From NCBI GenBank assembly GCA_951406725.2, contig OX597825.1:29264001-29328000 (forward strand): a stretch of 64,000 nucleotides of DNA, given 5' to 3'. Positions within the stretch are counted from its first letter, which is position 1; every line of letters begins with the position of its first letter. The notes beneath the pieces are model-generated. The model did not search any database, was not told the origin of the DNA, and saw only the letters and a program-made list of their open reading frames with translations. Made by a program: the position numbers and the translations under genes. The stretch is from Octopus vulgaris (lineage: Eukaryota). Shown piece after piece: positions 40,833 to 55,869 of this stretch.

Positions 40833-42951
40833 CAGCTTTCATGTTTTATCGATTTTACACTTGAATCAAAACCTATTTTACTCTAAAGCAAGGGGTTTGA
40901 TTCAAATGACATTAGGGAATGTCCATATTCTGGTGAGCCTGTGTGATAAACATTTAGGGGTCATCTCTGTTCTGCATCCTGTATGCCTTAGTCATTGGAC
41001 CATGTTTTACTATTTGACTCATAACTGGGGCTCTTGACTGGTTGCTACTTCCGTGGATCAGAACAAACTGAGGAGTAGGAGTAGCTAAGAGGCAACTAAG
41101 GGGTAACTCTACACCCAAAAACTCCCAAACTCTCGGAATTGAGTCTCACTGCAACATGCAATTCAATGTGCTGTTGAGGGCAACTATGAAATATGGGGAA
41201 ATCGTTGTTTATATATTATGAAGTGAGACTTCATAGATGTACTCCCTATTTTTGTTTTTCTTTTTTACAATGGTAGAGATTTTATTCAGATGGGTTGAGA
41301 AGATGCATTGAATAGCATGTAAAAGGTTTTTCTGTGGTTTGCTTTATTTTTCACTACTTTCACTGATACAAAGTACAAGAGCATGATAATTTCAAGCGCC
41401 TTCTCACAAAAGATGGTACTTGTGTAAATCATTATCAATTCATAACAATGGTTTCTGATTTAGGCACAAGGCTAGCAATTTTCATGCGAGGAGGAGCAAT
41501 CAATACCATCAACTCCGGTACTTCACAGGTACCTTATTTTGATTGACCCCCTAACTCTGAAAGGCAAAGTTGACCTTGGCAGAATTTGAATGCAGAACCT
41601 ACAGAGCCAGAATGAATGCCACAAAGTATGCTTTCTGGTTCTGTTAAATATGATTTTACTTTAACACTGTGAGTGAGTCATGGATAATTTTGCAGTTATT
41701 TAACAAAATCTCTGACGAACACACAAACACAGAAACAACAAATGATCTTTCACTCACGCATTTCAAGCAAAAACAGAGAAAGATGCCTTTAATCGTATTA
41801 TTTTCTCTAGATGGATTTATTTTTTATCTTCTTTTATTTTTGTTCTTTTTAGTTTTATTTATTTATTTATTTATTTTGCCTTGTATTTGTTTACTAATGT
41901 ACTAAAACAAAAAATGAAAAAAAAAAGCTTGTGTAGAATAAGTAGACTTCTTGCAGTCAATACATTTACACTGAAAATGATACAAAGAACAAAATAAAAC
42001 AAAATAAAAAAGCTGAAAATATATTAGCATATTACTAAGGTAGACCAAATGGACTGTCAAATGAAAAAACAAAAACGAAACATAAATAACTAAATGAATA
42101 AAACAAAAGTGACACAAATAAAGAAAAATAAAACAAAAAACAACATATAACGTAATAAAATATAAATAAAATATTTATAGCAAAAATATAAAAATAATCA
42201 GTTATGTGGTGAAAAAAAAAGAACATAACAAAATGAAGAACAAATGTAAAATATATAATAAAACAATATAAACTACAAAAAACATGAAATTGTTTGGGTT
42301 TTTTTCGGAGACAAATGGATGAATAAAAATAAAAAAAAAAAAAATAAATTACAAGAAAAGATATTGACAAGAACATTATGCTAAAATAAAATGAAATAAA
42401 TATTCATTGGATAGGACTATTCTTTAGAGTATATTGTAGCTTTGTCAACTGTGGGTAGATTTAGCTTTTTAATTCTCTTTTTGTTTGAGTAATATGGATG
42501 TGGCAGCATTTTAAGAAAATATAAGCATCTGTCTATTATGTTTGTTGATGTGTGTGCTTGTGTGCATGTGTGCATGTGTGCATGTGTATGAGTGTGTGTG
42601 TGTGTGTGTGTTTCATACATGTCTGTGAATGTGTATGATAGATAAGGATGTGTATCCATGGGTATATATATATATATATATATATATGCCTGTTTGTGTC
42701 ATATCTGCTGTGCATATATATGTATATATATGGTTCACCCTACCAAAATTTCATTTCTGTGTTTTGATATATTTATGCTACAATTCAATATGGATGCAAC
42801 ACACACACATGCACACATACATGCACATATAGATATATATAGTAATAGATACATGCATGCATGTATACACATACACATGTAAGTATATGACCATATGTAC
42901 ATATATAAATATATAGGTATGCACACACATACACACACATATATCTATATC

Positions 42952-43013
<62 letters not shown>

Positions 43014-43465
43014 CATATGATAATGGTGATACATAAATAAGTACAAATACATAATGCATATTTATACAAATATGTATATGTATATGTATATATATTTATT
43101 AATATACATACACATATATATCTGTTTATATATGTATATATATACGATATACAAACATGTATACATGCATATGAACTAACTTACATTCTTTAATATTACT
43201 AGTCTCTTGGAAATGATAATTTCTGAAAAATCCTTTATCATCTCACATTTCAGATCAAATTATGTTTGCTTTTCAAATGCCTGATCATTTTCATGAAAAG
43301 AATTGACAGCGTGCCAATCATACAAGTATGTACTTTGTAATGTCCTGGAAAAAAAAAAAGACAAAAAGAAACAAACAAGCAAAAATAAAAAGAACCTTTC
43401 CAGGCAATGTTGCAAAATGGCATTGTAAATATTTGAATATATTTGATGCAGAAAAACAATACATA

Positions 43466-43550
<85 letters not shown>

Positions 43551-43772
43551 TATGTGCAAGCAACTTTTTTTATCAGATGTATGTATATATACAAATATAT
43601 ACATATATGTATATACATCTGTATGAAGATGTATATATGTATGTATACACTCTTACACTCTTTTATTTATTTCAGTCATTTGATGTGGCCATGCTTGATA
43701 TATGCATATGTACTCATATATATACACACATACATATTTATACATATTTATATTCATACACCTGTATATAAC

Positions 43773-43811
<39 letters not shown>

Positions 43812-43837
43812 TGTATATATATGTATATATATATATG

Positions 43838-43919
<82 letters not shown>

Positions 43920-45503
43920 TTTGTGAGTGTGTGTGTGTGTGTGTGTGTGCATGCATGTCTTTATGTATTGAAGTTTCATAGTTAATTGGTCAGAACTAAG
44001 TAGTTGAAGAGTTTATTGCTTGCTTTAGTTTACGAAAGGGTGTTTTAGCATTTGGGTATTCCATAAGCCCTGATCCTCCCCAGCAATAAAAACAACAAAG
44101 CCAATTAGATTATTCAATGATTATTGACAACTCTCTCCCTCTCTCTCTCTTGCTCTCTTTTCTTACACAAATATTTATATATACATATGTACATACATAC
44201 ACACACACACAAATACATATATACACACACACAGATATATATACATATATATATATATACGCATACATATATTTTCACACACTCATGCACATGCACGTAT
44301 ATATATTTATGTATATATGTATATAAATATAAATATAAATATAAATATATGAGCATGGCTGAGTATTAACTGTAGATTAACTGAGAGTTTTTTTTGGAGT
44401 AAATCTTTTTATTCTTACAGATTTCAGCCACGTAGCACTCTTTTTTTTACCAACAATGATCTGGCTGTAAATTAATGGATTTTTTAGAAAAACTTCGGCT
44501 CTTTCTAGTTACCATGGAAATTCACAATCAATGACATTTTATATGCACCCCCACCCCACACACACACACATGCATGCACCGTAGTCTGTATTAGGATTAC
44601 TTACATTTAAATAATTTTACATATTATCATCATCAACATCCTCAACACCATTTCATGTCTGCTTTCCATGCTGGTATGAGTTGGCCAGTTTGATGGAATC
44701 CAGCAGATCCATCAATCTCATCTTATTCCAATGTCTTAATTTTCTCATGGTTTCCATGGCTGGTTGCTTTTCCTAATACCTACCTCTTTAGAGAGTATAG
44801 TGGGTTTCATGTATGTGTGTAAGTGTATGTATATGCATATATGTGTATACATCTATCTATCTGTCTCCTTCCCTCTCTCACTTGTTCTCCCCTCTCTCTA
44901 TATATCTATATCAGTCTATCTGTATGTATGTATATCTCTCTCTCTCTCTAATATATATGAATTAGATAAAAACCACTATTATGCAATTCACACAATGATA
45001 GACATAATATATTTATATTGAGAAATTTGATTTAATACTAAGTTGAATTTTTGTCTGTAAGTTTGGAGTTATACTCCCAAATATTATTATTATTATTATA
45101 CACACACACACATGTTTCACCATTGTGGTTTATTGCATCCTCTGCAGCAGGTGTTCACAGTACAATTTGATGCTGATATCAAGGGGACACTTTATAATGT
45201 TATAAACAACAAATGTTTACATGCATTTATCTATTTATTTATTGTGTGTACGTGTGTATGAAATCTTCAATTTTGTTCCTCTTTTCTGTTAGATATCTGC
45301 ATCTGCAGCTATGCAAAATTATAAACACTAGTTTATTTTTCCTTGCTGTTGATTAATACTTACAACTAGGATAATATTTAAGCTGGCTGTCTATCTTGAT
45401 TGTCAAAGGACCTGGGATTTAAGGGCTTAGAATGCCCCCTCACTAACTCTACAAAAGGACACTGCCATAATAAGAGTTGCATTAAGAGTGCTTTTGTTTG
45501 TAG

Positions 45504-45534
<31 letters not shown>

Positions 45535-47110
45535 GTTTAACGTCCGTTTTCTGTGCTAGCATGGGTTGGACGGTTCGACTGGGGTCTGGGAAGCCAGGAG
45601 GCTGCACCAGGCTCCAGTCTGATCTGGCAGTGTTTCTACAGCTGGATGCCCTTCCTAACACCAACCACTCCATGAGTGTAGTGGGTGCTTTTTACGTGCC
45701 ACCGGCACAGGTGCCAGGGGAGGCTGGCAGTGGCCACATTCGGATGTTGCTTTTTACATGCCACTGGCACAGGTGTCACAACTACAATTTCCATTTGATT
45801 TTTATTTTGATGTTGATGTACTTGACTCAATAGGTCTCCTCAAGCACAGCAGGTCATGTGCCACCAGTACAGAAGCCAGTCAAGGCAGTGCTGTTACTCA
45901 ATTACTCTATAATTCTATTAGTGGAGTAACTAGGACAATGATGCATTGAAATCAATTTCAAGCTGTATCTTGTATTTATGCACTGCATAAATTTGTAAAT
46001 GTATTGTAAGCGTGCAACATTGAAGTAAAACATCTCCCATGAGTTAAATAAGCAATAAAATGGAATTTCTGTTCAGAGAGGGAAAGTTCCTTGTCAATTG
46101 CTAATTATTTTGAAAATTGGAACAAGTTCCAGGGTTTCAGATGTTTCCTGTATTAAGAAAGCATTGTGTTCCTGAATAATTTTGCTGTAACATAGAATTC
46201 CGTAATGTGAAGCGAATCCTTCATTTGATGTCTATGCTACATAGAAGTCAAGAACATGAAAGTCAAAGGGAAAACGTGTTTCCTGATACAGCGGCTGCAA
46301 GAATGTCAGGAAAGCAGCACTTCTATAATACAGTGGATATCCCTCCTGCAATACAAGAAGAAAGAAAGTAGTTTAAAGTGAATCCTTTGTATTTTTTAAT
46401 GACCTTCTTTCCCACCAAAAAGAAAAAAAAATTGTTTCTTGAACATTTTTGATACGGTATAAGAGATGCCACAGAATAACTTTCACTTTGGAATGAAAAA
46501 CAAAAACGTAAAATAAGGAATGACACCAGAAATAACAATGGAAATAAAACTGAAAAACAAAATTAATAAAGAAATTGGAAAACTGAAAAAAAAAGAAATT
46601 CTGTTTCCTAACTTAATGTAAAGACCAAGGTTTAGTTCCTAAGGTGCTGACATAAACCTTTTGAAGACACAGCATACGTTATAGCTAGTTCCTCTAATAC
46701 GTAGAAAAACTGAAGCAGAAAATTTCCATCGACCGTATAGTTAGAATGCATAGTCATCGTTCCAACTATAAAGAAGTTTTCTTTCACTTTTAAATTCAAT
46801 ATCAACACGAAATTGCCTCCAGTAGGATTGCAGTGTCTGTGATCTGTTACAGCTGATAAATATAAATATCTGATTGTTGCATAAGAGTTCCTCATAGTTA
46901 GATATTACTCGCTAATTCAATATCTACTAGAAATGAAACAATAAGCAGAGTGAGAGTAGGGGTGGGGAGTGAACGAAAGATGATAACAGCAACAAAAACA
47001 ATGGTAAAACAAAGAACAAGGGACTATCTCTTGTCCTCTAGTTAGTTGGCCTGTTGCAGTTTTTTCCTTAGTTCTACCTTGCTTTTGCATGTGTATATAT
47101 ATATAGACAT

Positions 47111-47147
<37 letters not shown>

Positions 47148-48348
47148 TTTACATTCTACAGAATAGATGCACATACATAAACACATACATAACCACACAT
47201 TGACAGGAATGCACTCACATACACACCACATGAACACATACACATACCACATGCACATACACATACCACATGCACACATACACACACCACATGCACACAC
47301 ACACTCCACATGCACACACACACACACACAACACACATGCATGCACATGTATGTATATTTATACAGCACCTTATACAAGATCCTCTATGCATAAACATGC
47401 ATATGCACATAGATATATGTTCTGCACACATGAAGAGCTTGTATGATCTTAAACACACACACACATGCACATAAATGAACATGTACAATGCACATACACA
47501 TGTAACTCATATACTAGGCATATGCAAATGTACATATCTATATATATTTATATACGCATACATACACATAAATTTAAGCATCACCTGTCATGTATTATCA
47601 TACACATACACACACTATAGATGCTAACCTACTTACTAAGCATACAAATATGCACACACGCATAAATATACACCAAACATACACATAAGGACACATATGC
47701 ACACACACACACACATACACACACATAAACACACATATGCACGCACACACACACATGCACGCATGCAACAGACACTGAATTTCTCTCCATATAAAATTGT
47801 ATTCTGCTTTTATTGAAAATATAATTTTGAGTTTTGAGATCAAATAATATTTCCGTGATATTTATATCATATCTTGCAAAGTAATAATGGTTTATTGTCG
47901 AGGCACAACCCCAGTACATTGCTGGTATCTTATTGCATTGAGTCAAAAAAAAGATGAAAGGCTACTGTTGTAGGTGTCTTTATCATTGTGAACAGACATA
48001 GGCACTTTCTAGACTGTCTTTGATCCAGGAAGCATATCAGGGTGTAAAAGATGAAGAGAGAGAGAGTGAGTGGCACTAACCTTCAACTAGTACTTGTTTG
48101 TAGTGAAAGTATTGTACATGTTGCTAAGCCATATTTATTTGTGGGTGACAGATATCTCATACTTAATGTTATAGAAGAACAGGAATGTGTAAAATTTCAA
48201 CAACTAGAATAGTTGTTGAATTTTAAATATTTTTAAAATAGAACAAATACTTAAACAATGGAGCTTCTAATAAAAACTCTGCAATGTGGAACAAAACACT
48301 TTTGACCCCACATCTCCTTCATTCCTTCACAAAATTCAAGAAGAGCAT

Positions 48349-48391
48349 GTTTTTGTTTTCCTTTTTTGTATTTTTTCTTTCTTAGGTAAGT
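48349..48391 (+). promoter_or_regulatory. Recursive splice site (ratchet point) motif
   Basis: gttttgttttccttttttgtattttttctttctTAG|GTAAGT: a long polypyrimidine tract and acceptor directly fused to a consensus donor. Confidence 0.5.
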
Positions 48392-49013
48392 GGTAGGGCT
48401 CTCAGATATTCATGAACCTCTACAAGACTCTACGGTACCTGTTGGACCTTCTATGTGCCAGCAGATCACTCCAGTGAGGTAGTTGATCCCTCAATTTCCT
48501 GGCTGAACCCTCTAATGTCAATAACTTCACAAGAAGTATTCACTGCCTAAGACTATTCCATTTATTTTTCCGTTCTTATTCAGCATCTGTCTTTCTTTAA
48601 AATACATACCATTTGATTGACTCACTCCAAATTTGTTCACCAAAGAATTTCAAAATAATGTCATCTTAAGAATTTACTTAAGTTAGCATTTTATGCTGGG
48701 GTTTTGTTTACATTTTTATTGTGGCTGAAATATTTATCACAAATTCAATAGCTGAACTCCAAAGAATGGCTTCTCTTCTACTTAGATCAAAACCCAAATA
48801 GAAAATAGGCTTTCATGTGATTACATGATGTATAAACATATAAGATTGTAATATGAGTGCACATACGCAGACATTTTCAAATGTATATCTATGTCTATAT
48901 ATAAATATATAAGTATATATGTAGAGATTTATATTTTTGGGCAAATTGACAGAAAACAATAAAAATACATAAGTAGATTTGATTTCACTGTTAATCCCAT
49001 GATTATCAATCTG

Positions 49014-49083
49014 TGATTGACAGTCAGCATAAACCAAGCAAAACCAATCAGAGCTAAGAAAGGAGACAACAAGATTGATTGGC
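49014..49083 (+). promoter_or_regulatory. Candidate promoter: PBX/PREP-MEIS decamer plus two CCAAT (NF-Y) boxes
   Basis: TGATTGACAG at 49014-49023, aaCCAATcag at 49044-49048 and tgATTGGc at 49078-49082, in a TE-free block upstream of a strong splice donor. Confidence 0.55.
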
Positions 49084-49235
49084 ACTCATCAAAATTTTGG
49101 CCAGGCCTTTCAATTAAAGATTAACTCTGGGGGAGTGGCCACTGGTTCAAACGTAGCTACATTCATTATTTACAAAAAGGTCTTCACCGAAGAATGTATG
49201 AACTTCTCTACGTAACTTCATGATGATTTTCTGTG

Positions 49236-49341
49236 ATGGAACCTAATATCGTTAGTTGGTTTTGTTCGTGGGTTTGTCTCAATGCAATTCAACTGGAACC
49301 AGAAGCAAGGGCTTGGAACGTGATACACTGTGACTGTAGAG
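49236..49341 (+). other. Candidate first exon (3' part) ending in AG|GTAAGC donor; short ATG-initiated frame open to the donor
   Basis: gtgATGG at 49236 gives MEPNIVSWFCSWVCLNAIQLEPEARAWNVIHCDCR. The intron starts at 49342. Confidence 0.35.
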
Positions 49342-49926
49342 GTAAGCATAGAAAAGTATTATTCTTGTTATAGTTTTGTCCTTATTCAACCTGCTTCTCA
49401 AAGTTCATTTAAAACTTTTCTTCAGATTGTTTTTATACTAACAAAATAATAATAATAATTACAAAAACAAAGAAAACGAGCTTGTTAATTAGTTTTATGG
49501 TTTTTTTCGAGTCAGTTGTAAATTTATATTATGGGAAATCCTGTACAGAAACTTTTGAAAGTTTGTCAATATTTTTTATATTTACTTCCATTTTTGCTAT
49601 TACTAGTTTAAGAACCGATGATGCCAGGTTACTTTCATAAGCATATGCTAAGTACACAGACTTTTGAAATACCATCTTTGTAACTGAGTTCAAACCGTGT
49701 ACATTGTAGCATTATTGTGTTTATAGACAGCATGTCTAACTCTACTTAACTCAGTCTGCTCACCAAATGTGGATAAGTTTCAAAAGGCCTGGAAGTTTGA
49801 CCTTTAATAGAATGAGATCCTACAAGTAAAGGGTTAATTCTCTTTCCCCCTCATCACTCTTTCTCTCTCTTTTTCATATTCTTATATGTACACAAACATA
49901 TATTTATATGTATAATTATATTATAC

Positions 49927-50156
49927 AGGCGGCGAGCTGGCAGAAACGTTAGCGCGCTGGGCGAAATGCTTAGCAGTATTTTGTCTGCAGTTACGTTCTG
50001 AGTTCAAATTCCGCCGAGGTTGACTTTGCCTGTCATCCTTTCAGGGTTGATAAATTAAGTACCAGTTACACACTGGGGTTGATATAATCGACTCAATCCA
50101 TTTCTCTGTCCTTGTTTATCCCCTCTGTGTTTAGCCGCTTGTGGGTAGTAAAGAAA
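49927..50156 (+). mobile_element. Family B SINE
   Basis: Full length, flanked by a duplicated tatatgtataattata. Confidence 0.85.
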
Positions 50157-50889
50157 TATATATGTATAATTATATATGTTTATAGATATATATATGTATG
50201 TGTATGCTAGTTCAATCTCCTGTTGAGCCTGTTATGCTTCACTTCTTGTCTCTACAATTTCTAGCAATAATGCAATAATCAATTGTCAGAATAAGGATGA
50301 TCGGTCTTGAAAGACATTCACATGTGGCATACTACAAGATGTTGTAATCTCTAATGGCAACACAGCAATTAGTTAAGATGCAAGAAACCTGTTTTCATTT
50401 ATTGACAGCACCATACAATGCAAGTAAGACCCCTGACAAGACAGGTCACTGACTGTCTTTCTGATTTCTAAGTCGAACCATCTCCTTTCACATTACTATT
50501 CATACCTGTAATATACTACGGTAATTAATAGCATGGTAGGTGATGGGTATTTACAAGATGACCTTATTCTTGATAAATTGCTGACTCAGAAAATATTGTG
50601 ATATTTGCAAAATGGTTATTGATTAGTAGTTATGGAGACATTTCAAAACTATTTCCATGGAAAAGGTTTTCAGTATGTGAATGTTCTAGGTCTTTAACAT
50701 CTACACTTACAGGTTTGAATCTATGTGTTTATGTTTATAATTCACCTGTTTTTATGTATGCATATACTTGCATGCTTGCATTTCATTGTCATATGCATGC
50801 ACTCCGACACACATACATATATATAAACAAACAGATATAAGTAGTGATATAGTAATATATTTATTAAATTATTATAAAGAATGGTTTAA

Positions 50890-51109
50890 CCCTTTTGTTA
50901 CCAACCCGGTTGAAACCGGCTCTGGCTCTGAATACAAATGTCTTGTTTACATAAGTTTTGAATTAAAATCTTCCACCAAACTTTAGTCACAGTTTATGTT
51001 CCTGACACTAGCTGAATGATAACTAAGTTATTTTACTAAATTCTTTGTTATATTTTAAGTAATTGAAAGAAACCCAGAGCACCTCAAAATAAATACAGTA
51101 ACGAAAGGG
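50890..51109. mobile_element. piggyBac-type MITE
   Basis: TTAA|CCCTTTTGTTAC ... GTAACGAAAGGG|TTAA: terminal inverted repeats with a TTAA target duplication. Confidence 0.8.
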
Positions 51110-52135
51110 TTAACAGTGACTTTGAGGTTTTGGGTTTGCTTGCATTTGTCTTACTGTTTCAAGAACGTGAGCAAGTCAGAACTTTGAAGTTCCTGTCGAC
51201 CTTTTATTTGTAATAGTTTAAATATATCTAAACTTGACTAAAAAGTATTGAGCAAGCACTCAGTTTAATGTTTGATCGGTTATATATATATAACTTGATT
51301 TAAAAATAAACATTGAAAAATAAAGACATATACTAATGTGCATTATATACATATGTGTGTGTGTGTATATATACATATGGGTTTGTGTATGTATACATTT
51401 ATATATGTATATGTATACACTTATATACATGTATATATGCATATATATAAATATATATATACATATATGTATATACATCTATCTCTCTCTCTATATATAT
51501 ATATAATTTAAATAATGAGGGTGATAAATTGAATATTAATTTAATTAACATCAATTTAAAATCAGTAGCCCAGCATATAGAAAAATCTGAAAATTCAGAA
51601 AATTTGTAATACATGCGTATAATATATACCCATGTGTGTATATATATATATGTATATATATATATGTTTATATATTTCATTATATATATTTATATATATA
51701 AATATATATATATATACATACATACATGCATACATACATACATACACATACATATATATATGTATGCATGTATGTATGAAGTATTTATATGTGTATACAT
51801 ATGTATATTCATATATGTAGGTACCTGATTGGGTGTGCACATGTGTATGCACTTCAATGTTTGTATGTGTGTGACAACACATGTAGCTGTTATATTTTCT
51901 ATGTATTTGTTTCTGTGTGCTTTGCTTAGTTTTGTTTGTTTGTATATTTAGTCATTTATTCTTTGTGTGTGTGTGTGTATGTGTGTGTGTGTATGTGTGT
52001 GATTTTTATTGGAAGAACCCGATTAACTAGTTGGTCTCGGTAATCTACAATTAAGATGATAAATTAATTAATCAGATTAAGCAAGATGTATGGAGTGGAG
52101 AGAACAGATAATGAAAAAGACATAGTTAAATAATG

Positions 52136-52362
<227 letters not shown>

Positions 52363-52570
52363 TAGATAAATAGATAGATGGGTAGACAGAGAAATAAATA
52401 AACAAACAGATATACATACAGACAGATAGATAGATGGGCAGACAGACAGATAGATAGATAGACATACAGACAAATAGCCATATATATACGCACACACACA
52501 CACATATATATATGTATGCATATATATAAGTATGTATGTATATATATATATGTATATATATATGTGTGTG

Positions 52571-52617
<47 letters not shown>

Positions 52618-52972
52618 AGATTGAGAGAGAGACAGGGGAGGGAGAGAGAGCATGAGGAAGAGTGAATAATGAGAGCGGAAGAGAGAGAGAGAGAGAATGA
52701 GCAGTTTCATACGGAATGGTTTTTCAATGTGTTTTGAAATTGTTTAGGAAGTGTTAAAAGAAAAATTAAAACATTGAAAATAAAAAAAAAAACAAAAGGA
52801 AAAGAGAACAAAATCAAAATAACCAATTGCATTGATGAATTCTTTTAATCTTCTTTTAAGGATTAAGTTGTGATTAATTACAGAATTAAAATTATAATTG
52901 TTTTAACTGTCAACAATTATTACCATACATATTTGTCTGTTTTTCTCCCTCTGTCTTACCTATTCTCTCTCA

Positions 52973-53004
<32 letters not shown>

Positions 53005-53256
53005 GTGTCTTTCACCTTCCCTGTCTCTCTCTTCCTTTTCTGTCTCTCTTTGTTGTTCTTTAACACAATGTATACTGTTATTTAGTATATGAGGAAACAG
53101 ATATTATGCTCTCTCCATGCTTCTCTCTCTCTCTCTCTCTCTCTCTCCACACACATACACACACATACATACAATATATCTGTTTTATTACTGTTTTTAT
53201 TCTTGTTTTTGTTGTTGTTATTATTATCATTATTATCATTATTATCACCATCATCC

Positions 53257-53317
<61 letters not shown>

Positions 53318-53331
53318 TAATATTATTATTA

Positions 53332-53381
<50 letters not shown>

Positions 53382-53909
53382 AGTAGTAGTAGTAGTAGCA
53401 GTAGCAGCAGCAGTATTTGTAGAAGACATTGTCATTATCACGATCATCATTACTATTTTCGGTGTTCAATTATTTCTTTTAATTAAGAAGTAACAAATAT
53501 TAGAAAGCTTTCCTAATTCCAACAGATTGTTTGTTTGTTTTTTTAAAATTCTGTTTTAGTTACCATTATCATTTATTTATTTATTTATTTATTTATTTAT
53601 TGTTTAGGCAGCGTTAAGTCCATATTGTTAAGTGAATATATATTGACGAAGATGTGTTATTAATTTATTGAGCTGTCACCATCAGTTTGTTACACATAAA
53701 AATATTAATTCTGACTGCAGATGGTTGACTGGCTGTGTTTTATTTTTTTTTTTATATTTCCAAATTATCTTTCTCTGTCTCCCTTCCTCCTTTGCTACAC
53801 ATTTACTCAATACACTTAAGTACGTGTATAAGTATTGGTTTTTATGTCCGTTTTTCTGTGCTGGCATGAGTTGGTTGAGTATTTTACATCTTGATGCCCA
53901 TCCAGACAA

Positions 53910-54513
53910 CAATTTTGATGCTTGTTTTGGGCGCCATTCACCCTAGCTATACCCCTGCTCATATATACTGAGCCCACAGCCCAACTGTTCTTGGCACCCT
54001 GTGTATTGAAAGACCTGGATTCTAATGAATCCTATAAGTGAATGATACTATATATGTGTGCATGTGTATTTGTGTGTGTGTGTGTGTGTTTGATTCTGTA
54101 TGTATCCCTGCTGCTCTAACAATGTCAGGGCAGCAGTGATATTGTTAAGGTCACCCATAAGCAAAACATCGAGATAGGGTTTAATGTGGGACCTATGAGA
54201 CCTAAGGTACTTTATTTCATAGGTCCCACATTAAACCCTATCTCGATGTTTTGCTTATGGGTGACCTTAACAATATCACTGCTGCCCTGACATTGTTAGA
54301 GCAGCAGGGATACATACAGAATCAAACACACACACACACACACACACACACAAATACACATGCACACATATATAGTATCATTCACTTATAGGATTCATTA
54401 GAATCCAGGTCTTTCAATACACAGGGTGCCAAGAACATTTGGGCTGTGGGCTCAGTATATGCGAGCAGGGTCATAGCTAGGGTGAATGGCACCCAGGGCA
54501 AGCATCAAAATTG
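53910..54513. repeat. ~600-bp near-perfect palindrome (inverted duplication) with 18-nt spacer
   Basis: 53910-54198 is the reverse complement of 54217-54513. Spacer is gacctaaggtactttatt. Confidence 0.95.
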
Positions 54514-54651
54514 CCCCCCCACCCCTAACCAAAAAGTGGAAACTTGCGTAGAAATGGCTTAATTAGAAAATAATTTTGGCTAATATTGCGCCCCCCTCAA
54601 AGTGGCACTCAGGGCATGTACCCTCCTTGCTCCATCCTAGCTATACCCCTG
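54466..54651. mobile_element. hAT-superfamily MITE
   Basis: TIRs CAGGG(TC)ATAGCTAGG ... CCTAGCTATACCCCTG. The 8-bp target duplication is TATATGAG (54652-54659); the left copy reads TATGCGAG, and an exact copy is preserved in the inverted arm at 53958-53965. Confidence 0.75.
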
Positions 54652-54704
54652 TATATGAGTATGTGCAAACATATTGTTACATATATATATACATATAAAA
54701 CATA

Positions 54705-54782
<78 letters not shown>

Positions 54783-55869
54783 ACTCCACCTGTGTTCCTC
54801 TTTTGTATGTTTGTGTGTGTGTATGTGTGTTTTTGTGTGTTTGTGTATGTGTGTGTATATTTATGTATACTTGTGTGGTTATGTACATATTCTCTGAATA
54901 ATATGAGCTACAAGTGATGAAGCTGTTGCTATTTTTCGACAAATCATTCATCAAAGAAAGACATGTGAAATGAAAAAAAATTCCTCACTTTGAAAAGGAG
55001 GTAAGGGTTAGCAACAGGAATGGCATCCATCTGTAAAACAATTTCTCAATAATACATTAATCTAACCCATGCTAGCATGATAAAATATATGTAAAAACGA
55101 ATGAAAGAATGAAGGATGTGTTTTTGTACAGCAGATATTTTGATCAACTACAACTACATACAAAACAGTAACACCTAGGTATAGCACCTATACCTTAACA
55201 AATTTTAGCAAGGAAATATAAAACAACACAAAAAAACTGCATTAGGTAAGCAAGACAAATCAAGCAGGATAGTGACAATGAGCAGAGACATTAACAAGAG
55301 AAAGAAAGATATATTTAATATAATTGGGGAACTTCCCTTGTCAGCTGCCTATTGAATATCACATGATTTTGACACCTTAAGTCGTCAGCACCACTATTTC
55401 GGATGCTGTCAAACAGAGCATTAAAAAATATATTCTGACACTATTTGGGAATATACAAACATAGATGTTTACACCTAGAATACCAATCACAAATGTACAA
55501 ATATAAAGACAGATACACACAGACACACACACATGTTATATGTGTGTATACATGAATATATATGTGCATTCACGTGTGTACACATATGTATGTATATGCA
55601 AACATATATAGACAGTTGAAACACTCCTGTCACAAACTGGGACCTTGAAGACTGCTTAAATGCAAGAAAGTATACCAGTCCCTTAATATTTGATATTCAA
55701 TATTTCATCTATTCAATAAGACAATCAATAATTCATTTCATTTTACTATATATATATTATTTATACTATATATTCTATATCCTACATTAATATTATAAAG
55801 AATATAAATAAAACATTAAAAAACCAGACAGAGTTGGAATTCCTTTGAATAATATATATATATTGTCAT

